Shown here: positions 1 to 10,500 of the stretch, in pieces | Numbering within the stretch: position 1 is the first letter of the stretch | How the letters are laid out: each line of letters starts with the position of its first letter | NCBI GenBank assembly: GCA_964016885.1 | Contig: OZ024740.1 | Location: forward strand, 441,378,001 to 441,442,000 | Direction of reading: 5' to 3' | Length of the DNA: 64,000 nt | From: Eledone cirrhosa | Lineage: Eukaryota | Notes under the pieces: model-generated | Databases searched by the model: none | What the model was told of the DNA's origin: nothing | The model's input: the letters and a program-made list of their open reading frames with translations, nothing else | Program-made: the position numbers and the translations under genes

Positions 1-783
<783 letters not shown>

Positions 784-860
784 TATGAGAATTTAGATAT
801 AGAAAGAGAAGAGGGGATTGTGAGTTTTCAGTAATTCCTGGTATCTGTAGAGATGGAACT

Positions 861-1539
861 TGTGTGTGTGTACGTGTGTGTCTGTGTGTGTACGTGTGTG
901 TGTACGTGTGTGTGTACGTGTGTGTTTGTGTGTGTACATGTGTGTGTGTGTTTGTGTGTGTACATGTGTGTGTGTACGTGTGTGTCTGTGTGTGTACTTG
1001 TGTGTGTGTGTGTACGTGTGTGTGTGTGTGTGTGTACGTGTGTGTTTGTGTGTGTACATGTGTGTGTGTACGTGTGTATCTGTGTGTGTATGTGTGTTTG
1101 TGTGCGTATGTGTGTGTGTGTATGTGTGTACGTGTGTGTTTGTGTGTGTGTACGTGTGTGTGTACGTGTGTGTTTGTGTGTGTACGTGTGTTTGTGTGCG
1201 TATGTGTGTACGTGAGCGTATGTTTGTGAGCGTGTGTACATGTGTGTGTCTGTGCGTCTACGTGTGTCTGTGTATACGTTTGTTTGTGTATATGTTTATG
1301 TATATGTGTGTATATATATGTATGTGTATGCATGTATGTATATGTGTATATATATATGTATGTGTGTGTATCTATGTATGTATATATATGTATGTTTGTA
1401 TATGTGTATATATATATGTATGTGTGTGTATGTATGTATATGTGTATGTATATGTATATATGTGCATGTATGTATATGTGTATATATATATGTATGTGTG
1501 TGTATGTATGTATATGTGTGTATATATATGTATGTGTGT
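861..1539. repeat. Compound (TG)n to (TA/TG)n microsatellite with GTAC interruptions
   Basis: Directly visible; grades from TG with tacg/taca interruptions to TATG-rich. Confidence 0.97.
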
Positions 1540-1802
1540 AATCCTATCTACCATCTGAGCTCAACTAGCCTCTGTCTCTTTTGTTAATTTCTAACATGAC
1601 AGTAAGTTTATTGTTATATAAAAGCAGCAATTAGTTTAACATATCTTATGTAGCAAGTCACAAACTTTACTTCATTTCTTCTGTCAGTATTTTACAAAGG
1701 CTACACTGGCTTCTCTTCTATATTAGCCATTCCTATACAATAGTAGAATCACTAACAGATGTGTTAAACGCTAGACATCTCACTCTACAATTACTAGCCA
1801 GA

Positions 1803-1894
1803 AATAATTGTTTCTACTTTTGGCACAAGGCCAGCAATTATCCAGTGTATTACTGGTACTTTATTTTATCGACCCCGTAAGGATGAAAGGCAAA
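1803..1894 (+). mobile_element. Partial SINE with Nin/Deu-domain-like core
   Basis: ttgtttctact..ggcacaaggcc..actggtactttattttatcgaccccgtaaggatgaaaggcaaa, near-identical to copies at 3209-3547. Family recognised from memory of cephalopod SINEs, not by search. Confidence 0.75.
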
Positions 1895-2380
1895 AATAAT
1901 GATGGCATCTTAATTACACACAACTTCTGGACTGCTTCTAGCATTTTACATTTAAAACGATAAATAAACTTTTGAAGGATAAAATATATGGGTTGTGAGG
2001 GCAGAGTCCTCAAACAGCGGGTCCTATCAGAAACAACCGTCTCCAACTGATCTGGCTGGGTCCCAAAATCGGGTGGTTTTTCCCGTAAAATATACTTTTG
2101 AAAGACAAAATATAATACTCTTCTTTTCCATCACAAACATATGGCTACAGAGTTATATCGTGTTATAAGGAACATTACTAAAGATGTATATTTCCCAAAC
2201 TAATGAGGGTCCCATAATTTTATTTCTTATTGAATTCTTCTTACAGAATAAAAATATAAACACATAATAAATACAATTTATTATTGCTAGCGACCTTATA
2301 AATATACACAAATGTATATCATAAAAGCGAGAAAAACAAGAAGCAAAACAACAAAAAAGCAACCATCAATTCACCAAGTG

Positions 2381-2425
2381 CAACAATCGGTCACACAACA
2401 ATCGGTCACAGACCAATCGGTCACA
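2381..2425. repeat. 15-bp tandem repeat x3 (caacaatcggtcaca)
   Basis: Units start at 2381, 2396 and 2411. Confidence 0.9.
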
Positions 2426-2442
2426 CATAACATCACAAGGAT

Positions 2443-2600
2443 CATAGGAAATGTTTGAGGCGAGCCAACACACTGACAGCATTACCGTGGGTGATGGTGA
2501 GGCTAAGGTATTGAAACAACCAGTCATTCTCTCACGGACATCATCTGTATTCAGACCTTGGGCATCTTTAAACCTGAGCCATCTCTTCTCCAGGTCTGAA
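2443..2600 (-). mobile_element. Probable degenerate C-terminal remnant of a CRE-clade non-LTR retrotransposon
   Basis: Manual minus-strand translation ...DDVRERMTGLFQYLSLTITHGNAVSVLARLKHFL* resembles the CRE C-terminal motif (LFQRLSxAIxRGNAxSVL). Confidence 0.45.
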
Positions 2601-2667
2601 TACAGCAGATTTCATCGAGAAAATGAAAGAGTGAGAGGGAGGACGTGAGAAAGAGATATAGAGGAAG

Positions 2668-2822
2668 AATCGACCCCAGTATTAGACTGGTACTTTTTTA
2701 TCGACTTCGAATAGATGAAAGTCAAAGTTGACCTTGGTGGGATTTGAACTCAGAGAATAGAGAGCCGGAACCAATATCACAAAGCTATCTGACGTTCTAA
2801 CGACACTGCTAATTCCCCACCT
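2668..2822 (+). mobile_element. Diverged SINE copy (same core)
   Basis: atcgaccccagt..actggtact..atcgac..gatgaaagtcaaagttgaccttggtgggatttgaactcaga matches the core at 3260-3335. Confidence 0.75.
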
Positions 2823-3208
2823 ACAAAATAGATTACCATTCTTTAACTACAGTGACGCCACCTAGATACCGCCGCCATATTAATACCCACCAAGGTAACA
2901 TGGCGATATCAACAGTCACCTGATCAATGTCCCTAACGACATGATAGTACTTGTGAAAATATGAAATAAAATTTAAAACTCCAGTTATGTTGAAGACACA
3001 GAAATGAAGGTGCTGGAAGAAATAAAGAGAAACTTAAGAGAGAGTATATTTGTAGTCAGGTACTCACCTACATGATTGATACTGTATCAGCAAAATAGTT
3101 TTATATCTATTACGTAATAATACATTTTTACATGTATTTTAAATTGACTTAAAGAAAGATATAGGTGGAATTTATATAAAGTTAATATTTGGTACGTGAA
3201 ACAACTTT

Positions 3209-3547
3209 TATAATAATTGTTTCTACTTTTGGCACAAGGCCAGCAATATCACCAGTACATTACTGGTACTTTATTTTATCGACCCCGTAAGGATGAAAGG
3301 CAAAGTTAACCTCGGCGGGACTTGAACTCAGACCATAAAGGGCCGTAACTCTTTGCTGTAAACAGCTTCAGACCCTCTACCGATACTGCCAATCCACCAC
3401 CCTCTATAATAATTGTTTCTACTGTTGGCACAAGGCCAGCAATTATCCAGTGCATTACTGGTACTTTATTTTATCGACCCCCGTAAGGATGAAAGGCAAA
3501 GTTAACCTCGGCGGGATTTGAACTCAGATTGTTGCCTCTATAATAAT
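3209..3547 (+). mobile_element. Tandem SINE copies (about 196-bp unit 3209-3404 plus internally deleted unit 3405-3547)
   Basis: Both units start tataataattgtttctact and contain atcgacccc(c)gtaaggatgaaaggcaaagttaacctcggcggga.ttgaactcaga. Confidence 0.8.
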
Positions 3548-4504
3548 GATTGAAATGACAAAGATTAGAGACGATTTTGTTGAGAATTTATGAGGAGCAT
3601 CTTCCTTATTTAATGTATAGCTATTTCTTTAAACGCTTTTTAGAACTTCTGCAAGTCGAGTGCCTCTGTCTCAGGTAATCAAAAATCTCGATTAAATCTC
3701 ATTTAAGGTTTCTTAAAGTTTAGCACATATCCAAGGTTGTACTATTTTATGTCCTTCAACTGCTGCAAGACAAGTTTATCTACATTACTTCGAAATATTT
3801 TCTATTTAAACAGTATCCAGTAATAAGTATCTGTACTGTTATATTGTGTAAATCCCTCATACATTCCTGACAGAGATAAGATAAATAGACTTAGTTTATA
3901 TGATCAAACATTGATTTTACTCTTCAAGTTGCAAATGGTTTGGTTTGGAAAAAATTCTTGTAACGTTTTCAAGTAAGTTACAAAGCTAGAAATAAGTGAA
4001 AAACATAGTCAATATCTATTAGTTATCCAGGGACATTATAGGAAACAATGACACGTGAGTGCAGAAAGAACCATTAATGCATTAGCACAGCTACAATTAC
4101 AGGTAAAGAATGATTTCAAAAATATTGTAGCGTTCTTAACTTTATAATAGATTTTGTGATGTCCATGCGTTTTGAGGAAAAATGAAAGTAATAACCGAAA
4201 GACATTTGACAACTCTAACAGAACCTAACAGGTATATAAAGAGTAAGGATGACCAGTATTCGGGTACAAACATAAAATAATGAATTAAAGTTAATATTGA
4301 ATATGTTGTAGCGTTTGATATGATTGCTGACATTATACTAGATATATATCAGCAGAAATATACTAAATCTGTAACCGAAGCACATTATGTAGGATATAGA
4401 AATGTCAAAAACTCAACGTGAATTGGGTGGACAGCCAGTTACTTAAAAAACATATATATACCTATACTTAACATTCATTGAGGAGAGGTGACAAAAATTA
4501 TATT

Positions 4505-4630
<126 letters not shown>

Positions 4631-4764
4631 ATTCAATGAGAATAGGTGACAAAAATATATATACTTAACATACAATGACAGGAGGTGACAAATATATATA
4701 TGTCCCAAGGCTCTGATACCATCAACACTATAAACACAGAGCTGGCATATCTAAGAACTGACTA

Positions 4765-4820
4765 ACTGCCTGATGAGGTCATAGCCATTCAATGGCTATC
4801 ATCGAAATATATATAGCAGT
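4765..4820 (+). ncRNA. Type I hammerhead ribozyme, minimal helix III
   Basis: Helix I ACTGC(4765-69)/GCAGT(4816-20); core CTGATGA 4770-76; helix II ggt-c-atagccat/atggctat-c-atc; GAAA 4804-07; helix III loop ATAT; cleavage triplet ATA 4813-15. Confidence 0.85.
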
Positions 4821-4861
4821 AAATAAAGGATTATGAGTTCATGCAATTGATTTATGTTTCG

Positions 4862-4866
<5 letters not shown>

Positions 4867-4942
<76 letters not shown>
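4867..4942. repeat. (TA)n microsatellite; further (TA)n tracts at about 5044-5073, 5318-5336, 5697-5729 and 6767-6799
   Basis: Directly visible. Confidence 0.95.
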
Positions 4943-4946
<4 letters not shown>

Positions 4947-5037
4947 GTAAACAGAAATAACAACACAATCGGTACATATATGGAAGGGATATATTAGGTT
5001 AACGCTTGTATATATACTTACCATTTAATGAGAAGAG

Positions 5038-5072
<35 letters not shown>

Positions 5073-5078
<6 letters not shown>

Positions 5079-5110
5079 GCAAACATCACGGATTAGAGCA
5101 AACATCACGG
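5073..5110. repeat. 19-bp direct duplication (attagagcaaacatcacgg x2)
   Basis: Exact copies at 5073-5091 and 5092-5110, abutting a (TA)n tract. Confidence 0.9.
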
Positions 5111-5481
5111 ACGCTCCGTCTCAAAATTATTTTTGAAAAGCATTAGAAATGCGCAACCGGTAAAACTTTTAAACCGAAACTGAATACTAACCAATACTAT
5201 TACTAATTTTCACTTATTCCTAATTAAACTATTTTTCACTGTGAACAATTTGTCAGCATTTTCTTTTCCGTTTACCAATATATCATAACTCGTGTGTTAC
5301 ACCTCTATTCTTTTAAATATATATATATATATATATTTTGAGTTTGTGTTGGTTGTATACCAACACCTCAGTATGCAGGCTGGAGCACTCGACGAAGTGC
5401 GCAGGTTGGTTTGGTTACTCCGGAGTAGTGTAAAATAAAGTTAAATAAAAGTCAAATGATTAAAATTTATCTTCGTTTATT

Positions 5482-5536
5482 ACTGCTATATATATTTCAG
5501 TGACAGCCATCTTTGGCTGTGACCTCTTCAGGCAGT
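5482..5536 (-). ncRNA. Type I hammerhead ribozyme, minimal helix III (inverted copy)
   Basis: Reverse complement of 5593-5647. Confidence 0.8.
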
Positions 5537-5592
5537 TTGAATTAGTATGGTATTTGAATTAGTATGTACTTGTCTATACCATACTAATTCAA

Positions 5593-5647
5593 ACTGCCTG
5601 AAGAGGTCACAGCCAAAGATGGCTGTCACTGAAATATATATAGCAGT
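5593..5647 (+). ncRNA. Type I hammerhead ribozyme, minimal helix III
   Basis: ACTGC-CTGAAGA(5598-5604)-ggtc acagcca aaga tggctgt cact-GAAA(5631-34)-tatatata-GCAGT; same architecture as the 4765 copy. Confidence 0.8.
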
Positions 5648-5691
5648 AATAAACGAAGCTAAATTTTAATCATTTGACTTTTATTTAACTT

Positions 5692-5735
<44 letters not shown>

Positions 5736-5872
5736 TTAGAATTGGAGCTCTGAAATAGCAATATATATATGGATGTATATATAATGTATTTTGCAATACA
5801 CTTTATGCTTAATTAAAAGCATTTTGAAGACCGTAAGCTATTGTTTTAAAGTAGTGACAAATTCACTCACTT

Positions 5873-5967
5873 TGATCTCAGCAGACAGGGGAGATAAACC
5901 GACAAGACTTGTTTCGCTTTGGTTGAAGCTTATCAAGGCCAACTATCCCACCTGTTTACTGAGATCA
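5873..5967 (-). ncRNA. Type I hammerhead ribozyme, U3-A8 core variant, extended helix I (copy A)
   Basis: Reverse complement reads ...ggcc TTGATAA gctt caacca aagc GAAA caa gtc ttg TC ggtt...; core at 5930-5936, GTC triplet at 5903-5901. Confidence 0.8.
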
Positions 5968-6252
5968 TTGATGTTATATTCTTATAGAAATCTAGTAAAT
6001 AATCAGGAGCTGATTATGCAGAGCGGTTGTTGGTCAGGCAGAAATTAAAAATTAGAATTGGAGCTCTGAAATAGCAATATATATATGGATGTATATATAA
6101 TGTATTTTGCAATACACTTATATATACATCCATATATATATTGCTATTTCAGAGCTCCAATTCTAATTTTTAATTTCTGCCTGACCACAACAACCGCTCT
6201 GCATAATCAGCTCCTGATTATTTACTAGATTTCTATAAGAATATAACATCAA

Positions 6253-6347
6253 TGATCTCAGTAAACAGGTGGGGTAGTTGGCCTTGATAAGCTTCAACCA
6301 AAGCGAAACAAGTCTTGTCGGCTTATCTCCCCTGCTTGCTGAGATCA
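6253..6347 (+). ncRNA. Type I hammerhead ribozyme, U3-A8 core variant, extended helix I (copy B)
   Basis: TTGATAA 6284-90; helix II gctt/aagc with loop caacca; GAAA 6305-08; helix III caa/ttg; GTC 6317-19; helix I ggcc/ggct, ggggtag/ttatctc, then tgatctcagtaaacagg/cctgcttgctgagatca. Confidence 0.82.
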
Positions 6348-6568
6348 AAGTGAGTGAATTTGTCACTACTTTAAAACAATAGCTTACGGTCTTCAAAATG
6401 CTTTTAATTAAGCATAAAGTGTATTGCAAAATACATTATATATACATCCATATATATATTGCTATTTCAGAGCTCCAATTCTAATTTTTAATTTCTGCCT
6501 GACCAACAACCGTTCTGCATAATCAGCTCCTGATTATTTACTAGATTTCTATAAGAATATAACATCAA

Positions 6569-6663
6569 TGATCTCAGTAAACAGGTGGGGTAGTTGGCCT
6601 TGATAAGCTTCAACCAAAGCGAAACAAGTCTTGTCGGCTTATCTCCCCTGTTTGCTGAGATCA
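6569..6663 (+). ncRNA. Type I hammerhead ribozyme, U3-A8 core variant, extended helix I (copy C)
   Basis: TTGATAA 6600-06; GAAA 6621-24; GTC 6633-35; distal 17-bp helix tgatctcagtaaacagg/cctgtttgctgagatca with one G-U pair. Confidence 0.82.
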
Positions 6664-7417
6664 AAGTGAGTGAATTTGTCACTACTTTAAAATAATAGCT
6701 TACGGTCTTCAAAATGCTTTTAATTAAGAATAAAGTGTATTGCAAAATACATTATATATACATCCATATATATATATGTATATATATATATATTATATAG
6801 TAATAATAATAAATGTGAAGACTAAAAGAGAGCTCGATAAGGATAAATATATATAAAATATATAAGATATTTTAGAAGATCCCGTTAAGGGTGAAAGCAC
6901 CGATTCTTTGCATAAACTTTAATCTGTTATTTTAATAAATATATATAATATTAAAGCATACTCAACTATATATGTTTTTAAACTAAATAATTTGTTTAAT
7001 AAAATATAAAAAGAACCATATCAATTATTAAATACTTTTCCCCTCAATAATTTCAGTATCTAATTATACATAAACAAAGATAACTTACCCACAAATTCTA
7101 TAATCCAAATTATTTCCCCCCTTTATTATTATATTTTCATAATATTATTTCTGTCTTCCTAGAATATTTTTCCTTTGATATCTACTTTTGATTTAATACC
7201 TATCTTAAATGATTATAAACGGAATTGAGACTGAAAATCTAATTACGCTATATTTTAAATAATTTATGAAACGTTTAAACCAACTGCAATGCTTTTTCCC
7301 AGTCACGTAACCTCCTTATGTGCTGAGACTTTTCTAGTCATATGTTTGGTGGTCACCGATATGTCCAGTTCGTTTGTCTACCAGCATATCAGGAAGATAT
7401 TATACATTTTCTATGTA

Positions 7418-7491
7418 TTTTATCTGAGGAGGACATGTTTTGCTCTATATTATAGATAGAACTTTACATCATCGAAATATATGTAATGAAA
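7418..7491 (+). ncRNA. Degenerate type I hammerhead-like motif (minimal helix III family)
   Basis: ttttat-CTGAGGA(7424-30)-ggacatg...catcatc-GAAA(7474-77)-tatatgta-atgaaa, overlapping a downstream AATAAA; helices weaker than in the other copies. Confidence 0.5.
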
Positions 7492-7555
7492 TAAATAGAG
7501 ATGATATAAAGTATATATCTTTCGTTTATTACTATTATTATCATTATCATTATTA

Positions 7556-10500
7556 GGGTCATCTAGATCGTATATAGACAGGATCTTCAGTATGTAAATA
7601 GATAGAAATAGTGTAGGCTACCCACTTTTTAAAACGGTCGCCTATTCAGATCACAAATGTGTGATCTGTATAGTCGACCTAGATAAAACGCGTAGGTTGG
7701 GACCGAGTTACTGGAAGCTGAACATGTCATTTCCGGCACGTAAGGCTTACAGGGACCGAGTCAACAATTTAGTTAAGCAGAAGTTGACAGGGAGGATCAT
7801 CAACAACAAATGGTGGGTGGCTCTCAAAAGAGAGATTAGAGTAACTTCGATAGAGTTCAGCAAAGAAGTAGAATTAGAGGAAAATAGAAAGGAGTGGAGC
7901 TGAAAGATAAGTTAGATGAGGCTATTTGTAGTGGCATCGCAACTGACGTGCTAGCGGCGAGAATGGCTTTAGACCATTTCTTCAATGCGAAACACGAAGG
8001 TTGCATTGTCAGAGCTAAGGCGCGTGCGCTGAGAAACGAGGGAACCAAAGCTGTTCGTTGGGCCCGCGTGGCGGAGGTGCAGCGTCTTTGGCGGACCGTG
8101 ACGGACTTTGCTCGGTTGTTGGGGGAGATTGGCGGGTCAGAGAGAGTAGCGGATTTCAGTCCCTACCTTGACGGCTTGCCGCGCATCACGACGGTCGACG
8201 CTGAGCGCTGCGAGAGGCCGATTACTTCAGCCGAAATTCAGGACGCCATTGTCGGCTGCAAGAAGCGCAAGGTTTGGATGGCCTTCCCTACGAGCTTTAC
8301 GTAAATATGACAGACTTGTTCTCCGATCTCGTCGAAGCACTCTACTGCAACTGAGAGCAGAATGGGAGTATTCCCAGTTCTGTGAGCAGCGGAGTGGTGA
8401 CGTTGATAAGGAAAGACGAGAACAAGAGGGATACATTAGACAACTTCAAGCCCATAACTCTGCTCAACACAGAGTTTAAGATTTTAGTCAAGGTGTTAGC
8501 CAAGAGATTGGCGCTTGTCGTCGAGAATTTGGTTGGGGAGGCGCAAACTTGCGCAATCCCAGCCAGATCCATACACCTCATGGGATATATAATAGAGAGG
8601 GTTGGGTGTAAACCTGGCTTCGGTGGAGCACTGATCAATTTAGATCAATCGAAAGCATTCGATAGGGTCGACCATCGGTATCTAGAGTTTGTCCTCAAAA
8701 CAGCTGGCTTCGGCCCTGTCTTCAGAAGCTGGATTGCTGCAATGCACAGCGGCACACGCTCGGTGGTCAAGGTTAATGGCCACCTCTCGGAACCATTTCG
8801 GCTCTCCCGATCGGTCCATCAAGGGTGCCCTCTCTCTTCCCTTCTGTACGTATTGACTCTCCAGCCTTTACTGCGGAAGCTGGAGCTGTTGCAGGGCATC
8901 CCGCTCGAACCGGGACGTGGAAAGGCGGTGTCGGCTTATGCGGACGACATCACCGTGATGGTGTCGGACACCTCGGAAATCGAGGTGGTCGACACCTCAG
9001 AAATCGAGGTGGTCGGCACCTTATTGAAGGAATATGAAAGGTTGACAGGAGCCAAACTTAACCCGGAAAAGTCGGTGGGCTTGCAGCTCGGAACCTGGAG
9101 AGGCAAGCCTATGCCGTCCAACAGCGTCGTGGGGCGCTGGACGGACGGACCGGTAAAGTTGCTCGGGGTTTGGTTCATACCAGACCTCCAGGTGGAAAAG
9201 AATTGGGACGAGGTAACGAGCAGAGTAGCCAGTCTCACCCAAAAATGGGCTGGGAGGAAGCTATCACTGAAAGGTCGCGCAGAGGTGGCGAATGCGTACA
9301 TCGCGTCCGTCATCTACTGCCGCCTGACCGCCGTGCCTTGCCCACGTTCACGCCTCGTCAAGTTGGAACGGCTCCTCTTCAAATTCTTGTGGAGGAGACA
9401 AGTTCCGTTGGTGAGGCGGTCCATCTTCTGCCAGCACCCTCTACGCGGAGAGCTGGGCATGCCGTGGCTAATGATGCGCAGACATGCGTTGAGGTTGCGA
9501 CATCTCCAGATATTCTGCCTAAACGGTGAACAGGTGTGGTCGCCGTTTATCAGACGGGCCTTTCCGCAGCTCGTTTCTTTGACTGAGCTGCAGTCCTGGG
9601 TCAAGAAGAGATCGAGACTGGGTGACTGGCACCTGGAATGTTGCCAGGCACTCACTGCCCTCTACCAAGCGGGCAATGCGATCAGTGGAACTTCCACTCT
9701 CGAGTTCTATAGAGGATTAGTGGTGGGCAAGTGCGATGTCAGAGAAGCTTTGGGCCTCGACGAAGTCGAACTGACCAGTCTGTACCGGAGAACTTTCGAG
9801 CAGGGGACGATGGACAATTTCCAGAAATCCCTCGCTTGGCAGTGCTACCGGGGGGCACTGCCGGTTCGGGATAAATTCTACAGGCACGGAAGTGCTGTCA
9901 GACGGACCTGCCCAAGATGAGCACAGAACGACGAAACCGTTCTGCACGCACTTGTCCAATGTCCGTGCATTACTGACTTGTTGAGTTATGTCGAACAGCT
10001 ACTGTCGCGTGTGGAACGAATCCGGCTATCTCCGAGTCCATAGTTAAGATCGATCCACCGCCTTCCTTAGGTCAGGAAGAGCAGGAAATTTTCCTCTGTC
10101 TGGTGGCAGTTGCGAAAGAGGTTATATGGTGGACCAGATTAAAAGGACTGAAGACAGACACTTTTCTCTTCGGCCAATCCCTCACCAACTTCTACAAGTT
10201 TCACCTGGAAAGGAAGGTGAGGGCGGAGAGAGAAGTGCTGCCCCCCAGTACATTTGCTAATAGGTGGATGAATGTGGCGAGAATGGCCCGTGTGAATTTC
10301 CTGCTCTTCCTGACCATACGACTATAGGCTACCTAACTTGAGGAGAGAGGTTCTCTCCCCGGGTGCCCTAGAATCGCAGGGTGGTTCAGGATTGGTGGGG
10401 TACCTGAGTCACCCCAGGGTCGTCCACACCCTATCGGGGAATTTATTTTGTTATATTTGTGCATAGTTTATTTTATATTTGTATATCTTCATTGTTAAAT

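Larger units (their letters stand above)
5431..5698. repeat. Near-perfect inverted repeat, 123-bp arms (5431-5553 / 5576-5698), each arm carrying a hammerhead
   Basis: Left arm taaaataaagttaaataaaagtcaaatg...ggtat is the reverse complement of right arm atacc...catttgacttttatttaactttatttta; 22-bp spacer. Confidence 0.93.
5731..6776. mobile_element. 316-bp hammerhead-containing repeat: about 1.2 units (5731-6119) then about 2.1 inverted units (6118-6776); retrozyme or Penelope-pLTR-like
   Basis: Unit starts at 5731 and 6047 (316 bp). Inverted units are marked by catccatata at 6127, 6445 and 6761 (318 bp with a 2-nt insertion, then 316 bp). Flanked by (TA)n; one hammerhead per complete unit. 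Confidence 0.8.

Noticed and set aside
2198-2250. ctaatgag as a possible hammerhead core
   Set aside because: The invariant G5 is missing and there is no correctly placed GAAA or helix II.
3580-4440. Possible decayed membrane-protein coding sequence on the - strand (ORF 4142..4333 and neighbours)
   Set aside because: Hydrophobicity is expected from AT-rich DNA; there are many stops and no motif I can confidently assign. BLASTX would be needed.
5791-6745. Three copies of an 85-88 aa ORF (MQYTLCLIKS...)
   Set aside because: TTG start, antisense to the hammerhead, frameshifted in one copy and no recognisable domain; conservation reflects the repeat itself.
6830-6905. Hammerhead-like ctcgataagga...gtgaaagc
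   Set aside because: The core deviates at conserved positions, and I could not build consistent helices I-III.
8967-9014. 24-bp in-frame duplication after YADD as a functional RT variant
   Set aside because: Present only in a copy already inactivated by stops and frameshifts; most simply a post-insertion slippage.
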